Assembly (NCBI GenBank): GCA_963726395.1 | Contig: CAVSCG010000022.1 | Span: 8,345-72,344, forward strand | Source: an uncultured delta proteobacterium | GTDB lineage: Bacteria > Desulfobacterota > Syntrophia > Syntrophales > Smithellaceae | Length of the DNA stretch: 64,000 nt | Direction: 5' to 3' | Part shown: positions 1 to 6,824 of the stretch, in pieces | How the letters are laid out: every line of letters begins with the position of its first letter | Numbering within the stretch: the stretch's first letter is position 1 | Notes under the pieces: generated by a model | Told to the model about the DNA's origin: nothing | Seen by the model: only the letters and a program-made list of their open reading frames with translations | Databases searched by the model: none | Program-made: the position numbers and the translations under genes

Positions 1-138
1 TTCAATATCCACATCCGGCCCCAGCTTTTTGCGTGCTGCCGTCAGCATAGCGGCCTCGAGGGCTTCTGTAATGATGAGTTTGTCGATACCCCGGTCCTTA
101 CCCATCTGCTCGATCAGACGTTTAAGCTCTTGCAACAT
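1..138 (-). CDS. nusA: transcription termination/antitermination factor NusA, N-terminal 46 codons (gene runs off the window start)
   Basis: Minus-strand ATG at 138-136 translates MLQELKRLIEQMGKDRGIDKLIITEALEAAMLTAARKKLGPDVDIE, a typical NusA N-terminus. It lies directly downstream of rimP, as in rimP-nusA-infB operons. Confidence 0.85.
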   Translation of the reverse strand, partial: MLQELKRLIEQMGKDRGIDKLIITEALEAAMLTAARKKLGPDVDIE

Positions 139-198
139 TTACAAATTCCTCCCTTTTCATCTCTCGGGCTGCCTATCATTTCAGCCTGTCGGCATTTT

Positions 199-684
199 TC
201 ACTCTGAGACCACAGCTTCGTCATCCACCAGATTGGTTTTGGCAATTTCGTTTTTCGGGATACTGTATATTTTACCCGCCACATCAATTCGGACAATCTT
301 CCGGCCGTCTTCTTCCACAAAATCCACCAGCGTGCCCTGAAAATTCTTCATGCCGTCAATTTTGCTGTGGGTCTTGATTTTTACTTTGGCGCCCTGGAAC
401 TTCTGAAAGTCCTGATCGCGCGAAATAGGGCGGTCAAGACCCGGCGATGAAACCTCCAAAGTATAAGGTCCGCGGGACAGATCATGAACATCCAGAACAT
501 CACCCAACTGATTACTGACGTCGGTGCAGTCGTTAAGCGTTACGCCGCCTTCCTTGTCCAGGTAAAGCCGGAAAACCCAGCGTGAATGCATTTTCAGGCA
601 TTCGACATGGATCAGTTCCATCCCTTCGGATGCCGCAATCGGCTCGGCCAACTGCCATATTTTATCTTTTAAATCATCGTACAT
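199..684 (-). CDS. rimP: ribosome maturation factor RimP
   Basis: 161-aa ORF with RimP-like sequence (EVSSPGLDRP motif, C-terminal Sm-like part). Conserved position upstream of nusA. Confidence 0.9.
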   Translation of the reverse strand: MYDDLKDKIWQLAEPIAASEGMELIHVECLKMHSRWVFRLYLDKEGGVTLNDCTDVSNQLGDVLDVHDLSRGPYTLEVSSPGLDRPISRDQDFQKFQGAKVKIKTHSKIDGMKNFQGTLVDFVEEDGRKIVRIDVAGKIYSIPKNEIAKTNLVDDEAVVSE

Positions 685-698
685 ATCAATCGCTTCAG

Positions 699-725
699 AA
701 AATAAAAAAGTGGGCGAAAGCCCAC
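699..725 (-). terminator. intrinsic terminator/attenuator hairpin in the rimP-nusA leader
   Basis: Minus strand reads GTGGGC-TTTC-GCCCAC followed by TTTTTTATTTT, ending about 15 nt upstream of the rimP ATG. Confidence 0.6.
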
Positions 726-764
726 TTCAGCATACTACTTTCAGTGATGGTTGGCAATTTCACT

Positions 765-792
765 ACCATATGCAAACAGGCAATGCAAGCAA
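765..792 (-). promoter_or_regulatory. candidate sigma-70 promoter for a short leader transcript upstream of rimP
   Basis: Minus strand has TTGCTT (792-787), a 16-nt spacer and TATGGT (770-765). The predicted start is about 58 nt upstream of the terminator U-tract. Confidence 0.3.
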
Positions 793-944
793 TATTTACC
801 GCCCGGAAGGAGCATGCCGGCGAACTGATAAAATAGCAGGAACTGTCTCCATCCCCGGCACGCTTTGACTTCCGGGAAGCGGTCTGATCGGTCTTGTCGG
901 TTTAAGGAGAAAACTGAAACGATAGAAAAGATTTTGGCCTTCTA

Positions 945-2210
945 ATGAAAGAAAGGCAGAGCTATATGACCCTGCCTTTCGAAAATTAAACCGATTAGGT
1001 ATTTCGTTGGTTCTATGTTTTTTCCTGGCCACAGCAAATTCCTTTGCCGGTAAGGTAAACCTGGCATGGGACCCGCCGGATGTGTCCACAGACGTGACTG
1101 GATATAAGATCCATTACGGAACGGCTTCTGGCAGCTATTCCCGCGTCATAGACGTCGGTAAATAACAAGCTATACGATTAGCAACCTCATTGACGGACAG
1201 TCCTATTATTTTGTCGTTACCACTTATAATGCTTTAGGGGTATGAAAGCTATTATTCCAATGAAGTCAGCAAGCTGCTACCCAGCCCAGTAAGCTTTTAT
1301 AGTTTATTAGTCGAATAAATCAGGGCAGGGCACCGTTACCGGCGGTGATATTAATTGCGGGACAACTTGTAGTAATCTCTATCTTTCTGGGAACGAACTT
1401 AAGTTTACTGGCCACGCCTGCGACCGGATACATTTTTGCCGGCTGGTCCGGTGCCTGCACAGGAACAGGTGTGTGTCTGGTAACCATGGATGCCGCTAAA
1501 ACAGTTACCGCAACTTTTACCGTAGCAAACACACCTGTTCTGACCATCACTAAAGCAGGGACGGGTAAAGGCAGGGTCAAAAGCAAGAAAACTACATTAG
1601 TGGCAGCGGCTATTGCCATTCTGTCGGATCCGGACATTGACTGCGGCGACACCTGCGTGAAAGAGTATGAAAGCGAAACAACCGTAACCCTGATTGCCGA
1701 GCCTGAACCAGGTTAGTTCTTTTTCCGGTTGGTCGGGCGCCTGCTCCGGCACGGGTGACTGTACCGTAGCCGTCAGCGACGTCACTTCTGTCACGGCAAA
1801 CTTTATTGCCGCTGCATCTGTTGCATCAAATAGTGGCGATCCCACCGATGTGGACAACAGTGCTGATGGCAGGAGGTGGTGGTGGTGGCGGCGGCGGAGG
1901 ATGCTTTATCGCTACTGCTGCCTTCGGTTCATACCTTGAGCCTCATGTAAAGGTTTTAAGGAACTTCCGGGACAGGTGCTTGTTAACGAATTCCCCGGGC
2001 AAAGCTTTTGTGAATTTCTATTACAGGCACTCGCCGCCCATAGCCGATGTCATCAGAAAGCATGCATCTCTTAAATATGCCACCAGGGTGGCGTTGTTCC
2101 CGCTTATCTATACGGTTGAGTATCCTTATTTAATGGCAGTATTATTAATAATCGCGGCAGGTATTGGCTTCGCATACAAAAGAAGGAGGAAAATACAACT
2201 ATCTCATTAG
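945..2210 (+). pseudogene. decayed secreted surface protein: signal peptide, FN3-like domain, InlB-type B-repeats, poly-Gly linker, [11 protein letters not shown]-terminal sorting-like domain
   Basis: Homology is only recovered by hopping frames. MKERQSYMTLPFEN* runs 945-989. LGISLVLCFFLATANSFAGKVNLAWDPPDVSTDVTGYKIHYGTASGSY stops near 1163. Then ...NLIDGQSYYFVVTTYNALG..ESYYSNEVS, KSGQGTVTGGDINCGTTCSNLY, and GYIFAGWSGACTGTGVCLVTMDAAKTVTATF (ORF 1345-1716). Then [28 protein letters not shown] (1694-1939), and G10[28 protein letters not shown]...hydrophobic helix-KRRRK (1806-2210). At least 6 frame changes or stops. Confidence 0.75.
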
Positions 2211-2365
2211 AAAAAACTGATGAATCACTAATCCCTCATATGTCGGCCAATAAACATTCGGTCAGAAAGGCGGCCGACAGGTCCGATTGAAATTATACTG
2301 TATAACGAAATCGTTCATATTACCGCTGAATTGAGAAGACCTTTGCTGAGCTATGTTTTCTTCTA

Positions 2366-2419
2366 TTTCAAATCGTAATTCACAACGCTAATACTCTTCA
2401 AAGTCATTTGTTTGTAAGT
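2366..2419 (+). repeat. 55-nt repeat, copy A (partner at 28299-28352)
   Basis: TTTCAAATCGTAATTCACAACGCTAATACTCTTCAAAGTCATTTGTTTGTAAGT is about 84 % identical, ungapped and in the same orientation, to 28299-28352. Confidence 0.7.
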
Positions 2420-2469
2420 GCTATACGTAACAAATGAATTTAAAAATTCTGGTTATTGATGATTACAAT

Positions 2470-2760
2470 TTCAATGGATGAATCGCCGTGGAAAGCGGGG
2501 GTGTCTTGCTTGGCAGAAGTTCGGTGAAAGGCTGAAGCAGTTTCCATTGCCGGAACCTAGAATCAAGGTCAGGATGTTCGGAGACTCCGTGAATTGACCA
2601 TGTGAGGAGCCGTGTGCGTAAATAGCTCAAGCACGGTTCTGAGAGGGGCTGGTGACAACCTGTGTATGGTTGAGATTATGTGACGCCGCCGGGAAACCAG
2701 GCGGCAACGGAGAACACAAACGTCAACCTACAGCACCAAGGGAACCAGTCTACTCGCCAA
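2470..2760. other. GC-rich, hairpin-dense non-coding island (candidate structured RNA or decayed group II intron 3' fragment)
   Basis: No credible ORF, and the flanks are AT-rich. Nested helices: TGGAAA/TTTCCA enclosing GCTTggCAG/CTGAAGC; CAACC/GGTTG; GCCGCC-gggaaacca-GGCGGC. The hairpin at 2607-2639, GAGCCGTGT...GCACGGTTC, resembles the lower helix of group II domain V. Confidence 0.3.
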
Positions 2761-2967
2761 TTGTCCATCATTTTCTTTTTCGGGACAGGCTTTTGTATCT
2801 GTAATGTTCGGCCAGTCATTTTTTCAAAATTATTGACAAAAGCATGGTTTCCCGCCGGTCTTCCTGTGCGTGTTTATATTTTCACGTTGTGCAAATCATC
2901 GCCGCCTTCGATTGTTTCAAGCAAATATTTCAGCCGGTCACGAATACTTTGATTTCGCACCTCTGAT

Positions 2968-3380
2968 CTATTCAGAAACTGAGCCGTATACATCAAAATA
3001 ACGGGAATTCGCGCCCCAGTTCATGAAACGGGTGTAGCCGGCTTTTTCTAGGCGCCTGATGACCATCTGCGCCCTACCGCCCGTTTCGCAAGTCACGATG
3101 AGATACTGCGTCTTCGGCAGTTCGCCGAGGCGTTCCATAACCCGGCTCGACGGGAAATTTTTCGCTGTGGGTATATGGGCCTTTTTAAAGGCATCCTCAG
3201 GGCGGACATCGATAATCCATATCTCCGCATTCGGTTTGTCCACAAGCTCCTTCAAGCGGGCCGGCATAAGGTACTGCTTCAAACTTTCCCCCTCGCTGCC
3301 CACATACCCTTCATAGCAACCGGCGATACAGGCTACAGCGATCAGATGCAGATGGTCAAAAAAGATTTTTGCTTTTTCAT
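2968..3380 (-). CDS. rhodanese-domain lipoprotein (signal peptide separated by a 1-nt frameshift in this assembly)
   Basis: ORF 2968-3303 carries a rhodanese fold with a CETGGR active-site loop. Upstream, AGGAGG plus ATG at 3380 gives MKKQKSF. Adding one base to the A6/T6 run at 3358-3363 yields MKKQKSFFDHLHLIAVACIAGC (lipobox), in frame with the domain. Confidence 0.75.
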
Positions 3381-3441
3381 CTTGTCGTTCCTCCTTGTAT
3401 CATGAATGGATTGTTGATAAACGCTTTCCCTTCTTTTTGCA

Positions 3442-3469
3442 ATTGTACAAGTGCTTTATGATGTGTCAA
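3442..3469 (-). promoter_or_regulatory. candidate sigma-70 promoter of the rhodanese lipoprotein gene
   Basis: Minus strand has TTGACA (3469-3464), a 16-nt spacer and TACAAT (3447-3442), about 60 nt upstream of the ATG. Confidence 0.45.
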
Positions 3470-3544
3470 GGTGAAATTCGTGCAACGCTCCGCATAACAG
3501 ACTGGCAAAGGTTCGCAGCGGAATTACTAGTCCGACTGAAATGG

Positions 3545-3723
3545 AGTATGTGTGTCAAAATTACCGGATGCTTGCTTTCAGGAAAAACATCACGGAAAAA
3601 ATCCATCATCGATGTTTTAATTTTCGGAAATAGTCACGTCTTGCATCAGTCGCCTACTAAGTTTTAGCCGTTGGCAGTTGAAGAATTGAGGATTGCTGAT
3701 TATAATGCGGAGGCATAGAAGGT
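3545..3723 (+). repeat. intergenic module R1 (core 3579-3648; TTGAGG box 3686-3691)
   Basis: The 70-nt core CAGGAAAAACATCACGGAAAAAATCCATCATCGATGTTTTAATTTTCGGAAATAGTCACGTCTTGCATCA is about 93 % identical to 5978-6047 and similar to 4737-4805. The left flank (AGTATGT..CAAAATTACC) and right box (TTGAGGATTGCTG..GAAGGT) are also shared. Confidence 0.8.
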
Positions 3724-3836
3724 ATGGGTAAGAAAAGTTGGTCCGGCAAAACTGCACAGTTTAACTGCGAAGAAACCACACCACCGCTAAGGTTGCCATG
3801 GAGCCGGTAAGGCTGTTGTATGAATAAACAAAAACA

Positions 3837-3882
3837 CCGAGCCAAAAAATTGTGTTGCAGGGCTCGGCGTCTCATTTATGCA
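3837..3882 (-). terminator. terminator of the OmpA-like lipoprotein gene
   Basis: Minus strand has CCGAGCC...GGCTCGG followed by TGTTTTTGTTTATT, about 30 nt after the stop at 3914. Confidence 0.55.
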
Positions 3883-3913
3883 GCCATTAGTTTATACAGT
3901 AAGCTTTGATACC

Positions 3914-4587
3914 TTACTTTGTTTGTTCTTGTGTTTTAGGCGCAATCTTGATTTCTACTCTCCTGTTCATTTGTCGTCCGGCTTCGGTGTCGTTGGTTGC
4001 CACAGGCATGGTTTTGCCAAACCCAACAACTTCCATGCGGCTGTCGGCTACACCGCGCTGACCAAGTAAAGTTTTTACTGCATCGGCACGCCGCTTAGAA
4101 AGGTTCATGTTGTATTCATCAGAACCTTTACTGTCGGTATGTCCTTCCACTCTAATGAGAGTGTCGGGGTATTGATTCAAAACGCCTGCGACCCGGTTTA
4201 TTTCAGTGTAAAGTCCCCGTCGCACTTCTGTTGAGTTCGTATCGAAGGTAACGTCACCTTTAAAAGTCACCGCCAGGAGGTTACCTTCCCTTGTAACGGC
4301 AGCAGCTTCCGAGGCTGCCAAAGCGTCACGCATAGATTTTTCCTGATTGTCCATCATCTTGCCAACGCCGTAACCACCAGCCCCCCCACAGCGGCACCTA
4401 TGGCAGCTCCTATAAGGGTACCTGTCGTGTTATGGCCTATGGCCTGCCCCAATACCGCCCCGACTACGGCTCCGCCTCCCGCTCCGATAAGACCGCCTTT
4501 TTGACCTTTTGTCATGGTTCCAGTCTCTGCGCAACCTGCCAGAAGCAAAATGCAGCAGAGAAAAACAGCAATTTTTGTCTTATTCAT
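3914..4587 (-). CDS. OmpA-family lipoprotein with N-terminal glycine-zipper region (split by a 1-nt frameshift in a C7/G7 run)
   Basis: ORF 3914-4357 is an OmpA C-terminal domain (RVEGHTDSKGSDEYNMNLSKRRADAV...NRRVEI). ORF 4354-4605 holds the lipoprotein signal MNKTKIAVFLCCILLLAGC plus a GxxxG-rich zipper. Adding one G to the run at 4381-4387 fuses them (..GAAVGGAGGYGVGKMMDNQEK..). An AGGGG RBS precedes the ATG at 4587. Confidence 0.8.
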
Positions 4588-4664
4588 TTTTGTTACCCCT
4601 TTCAAAATCGTTATTTTTTCACGTTATCTTTGATATTTTTGATAAGTTATCATTATCACGAGAA

Positions 4665-4694
4665 ATTATAAGCAGCAATGGAATTGTACGTCAA
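4665..4694 (-). promoter_or_regulatory. candidate sigma-70 promoter of the OmpA-like lipoprotein gene
   Basis: Minus strand has TTGACG (4694-4689), an 18-nt spacer and TATAAT (4670-4665). Confidence 0.5.
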
Positions 4695-4732
4695 GGAAAT
4701 ATTGGTCATAAGATGTGGCGTGCGGCGTCGAT

Positions 4733-4856
4733 ATTACAGGAAGAACATCACGGAAAAATTCATCATCGATGTTTTAATTTGCGCAATTGGCCACGTCTTG
4801 CATCATTCACCTAAACTATTCAGTAGTGAGTACTCATTAGAATTGAGGCTTACGAA
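4733..4856 (+). repeat. intergenic module R2 (core 4737-4805; TTGAGG box 4843-4848)
   Basis: Core CAGGAAGAACATCACGGAAAAATTCATCATCGATGTTTTAATTTGCGCAATTGGCCACGTCTTGCATCA is about 93 % identical to R3. The flanks are the most diverged of the three copies. Confidence 0.8.
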
Positions 4857-4973
4857 TTGAAAGACAGTAACGCTCTGTATAACCGGTGGGCAATGTTGTG
4901 CAACGGAATTTGAATAAAAGAGTATTGAATAGGCTTAGTTCTGGACAGTATCATTCTTTGACAGTTGAAGAAA

Positions 4974-5014
4974 GTAAAGCCAGAGGAGGAGTGTCATCTC
5001 CCTCTGGCTTTATT
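4974..5014. terminator. bidirectional intrinsic terminator
   Basis: GCCAGAGG-N14-CCTCTGGC is flanked by an A-rich 5' side and TTTATT on the 3' side. It lies 20 nt beyond the stop of the OMP gene (5034). Confidence 0.65.
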
Positions 5015-5033
5015 GAATATTGTGGCGATTCAG

Positions 5034-5624
5034 CTAAAAATTGTACCTAAACCCGCAATAGATGTTATGGCTTGCAAATTCAGCATCGACGCCGTTGAAA
5101 TTGGGGTCTTCCGTAGCGAAGTACCGGTACTTTAAATCGATGGACATATTTTTATTGATGGCATATGCGACACCGAAACCAACCTGATACGCAAATACCA
5201 TATCATCCCCATCTCCTCCAATATCATTGGCTTCAATTCTCGCTAAGCCGATTCCGGCGGTGATGAATGGCGTAAACGGAGTCTTGTTGACAAAATCGTA
5301 ATAGCCGTTCGCCAAGGACGAAAGAGCTGTCACGTAGCCATCACTGTCCCCGCCTCCGCTTACCTTATCAATGTCATTATACTGATATTCCATTTCTCCT
5401 TCTAATCTAAACATCCCAAAGTTATACCCGCCGGCAAAACCAGTCGCAAAGCCCGGGTCAAATTCCAACGTCCCTCTTTCTGACCAACCTGATATATCGC
5501 TATCTGTCAAGAAGGCAACTCCCAACTGACCGCTAATATACCACCCTGGACCAGCACTAAAGGAAACTGCAGGAAGAATCAACAACATGAACAAACCGAC
5601 AACAACCGAAAAAGTCTTTTTCAT
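5034..5624 (-). CDS. outer-membrane beta-barrel protein (OmpW/opacity-like, OMP_b-brl family)
   Basis: 196 aa with signal peptide MKKTFSVVVGLFMLLILPAVSFSA, alternating aromatic/Gly beta-strand pattern, and a C-terminal ...YCGFRYNF ending in Phe. Confidence 0.8.
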   Translation of the reverse strand: MKKTFSVVVGLFMLLILPAVSFSAGPGWYISGQLGVAFLTDSDISGWSERGTLEFDPGFATGFAGGYNFGMFRLEGEMEYQYNDIDKVSGGGDSDGYVTALSSLANGYYDFVNKTPFTPFITAGIGLARIEANDIGGDGDDMVFAYQVGFGVAYAINKNMSIDLKYRYFATEDPNFNGVDAEFASHNIYCGFRYNF

Positions 5625-5920
5625 AACATCACTTCTCCTTTCTTAAAAAATTTGGGAATATTATTTAGGGAAACCGGTAGGCTCCCCCAGAGGCATGATA
5701 ACCTCCGTGGAAGCCGAAATATCGGCAACTTCCAGAAACTACTTTTCATGGCGGACTCCAGAAAGTTGAGGGTTAAGTTAATGGGTTTACCGAACGAATA
5801 GATAGAATAATATTAATATACGAAATACTCTTACATGAATTGAAAATCAAGGGAGAAATTGCCTCCGAATTGCCTCAAATAAAATGTTACCGAGGGGAGA
5901 GATAAAGGCCTCTGTTTTTA

Positions 5921-6107
5921 ACAAGGATTACTGTTGGGAAGGTAGTATGTCAGCCAAAATTACCTGACACTCCCTTACAGGAAGAACATCACGGGAAAAA
6001 TCCATCATCGATGTTTTAATTTTCGGAATTGGCCACGTCTTGCATCATTCACCTACCTATCCAAAGTATTTGGAAGTCTTAAGACTTGAGGATTACTGTT
6101 TGAAGGT
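5921..6107 (+). repeat. intergenic module R3 (core 5978-6047; TTGAGG box 6086-6091) preceded by a partial right-end copy (5921-5942)
   Basis: The core is about 93 % identical to R1 and R2. The right-end motif GGATTACTGTTTGAAGG (6090-6106) recurs as GGATTACTGTTGGGAAGG at 5924-5941, immediately left of the module. Confidence 0.8.
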
Positions 6108-6111
6108 GCAT

Positions 6112-6146
6112 AAAAAAAGCAGAGCCAATTGACTCTGCTTTTTATT
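6112..6146. terminator. bidirectional intrinsic terminator
   Basis: A7-GCAGAG-ccaattga-CTCTGC-T5ATT gives good U-tracts on both strands. Confidence 0.7.
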
Positions 6147-6281
6147 CAGCAATTCTTATTCTGGATTGTAACGTTGTAGCATCGGTATTTTGATCGCCTA
6201 TCGGAATAGAGGGAATAGGGCAGCAACAAAACGGTCGGTAGTGGTTGCAGCCGTTTTGTTGTCTAATACCATCGCATTAGT

Positions 6282-6671
6282 TTATTTCTTGTCACGGATC
6301 TGAGCGTGGCACTCGCCGCACTTGCCCTTGATCTCTCCCAGCTTGACCTTGATGGTATCGCCATCCTGATTGGCAGCGGCAGTGGAGATGTCCTTGGCAA
6401 GTGACGAAATAGCCAGGGACAGCTCTTTACCAAGGGGGTTGGGATGTTTTGCGCCAAGTTTCTCTGTCTGGGTGGCCAGTTCATCGGCATCCTTGGCGAC
6501 AGCATTAAAATTTTTAGCGTCAAGGTTTTGGTATATTGCGGTTAACCAAGCTACTCTGGCCTGCATTGCCTTCTGGCTAGGTCGTAGTTCCGGTTTGGCA
6601 TCATCGGCAGCATAGGCAAAGAAGACGGTAGCAAAGATTACAACGGACAGAAAAGCAAAAATCTTTTTCAT
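6282..6671 (-). CDS. class II cytochrome c (cytochrome c'/c556-like)
   Basis: 129 aa from the ATG at 6671 (GGAGAA RBS). Signal peptide MKKIFAFLSVVIFATVFFAYA, helical body, and a single C-terminal CGECH haem-binding motif. Confidence 0.7.
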   Translation of the reverse strand: MKKIFAFLSVVIFATVFFAYAADDAKPELRPSQKAMQARVAWLTAIYQNLDAKNFNAVAKDADELATQTEKLGAKHPNPLGKELSLAISSLAKDISTAAANQDGDTIKVKLGEIKGKCGECHAQIRDKK

Positions 6672-6824
6672 AGGGTTCTCCTTTCGGTGCGGTACGAGGC
6701 GATTGTTTAAGGTTGTGAAATCGATATTGACTAAAAACACGTTACTTCATCTTTTGTAATTCTACGATGGATGACTTTGTATGTCATTAAAATAACAAAG
6801 GCATTCTCAACTCGTTTTAATTTT

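Noticed and set aside
1860-1905. Programmed frameshift or phase-variable switch at the GGN repeat encoding the Gly10 linker of the surface protein.
   Set aside because: The gene has many additional frameshifts and stops elsewhere (945-1720). A single slippery tract cannot restore it.
3630-3648. Sigma-54 (-24/-12) promoter inside the repeated modules. TTGGCCACGTCTTGCAT occurs in R2 (4787-4803) and R3 (6029-6045), and an NtrC-type activator is encoded in the window.
   Set aside because: The GG-to-GC spacing is N9, not the strict N10 of sigma-54 promoters. The GG is also absent in copy R1 (ATAGTCACGTCTTGCAT, shown range). I kept it only as a remark inside the module finding.
3395-3667. Small ORFs overlapping the repeated modules: 3395-3667, 4509-4814 and 4678-4860, with shared peptide ends such as ..IIDVLI..HVLH.SP.
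   Set aside because: The similarity is explained by the nucleotide repeat. The ORFs lack RBSs, differ in length and N-termini, and the conservation continues beyond their stops.
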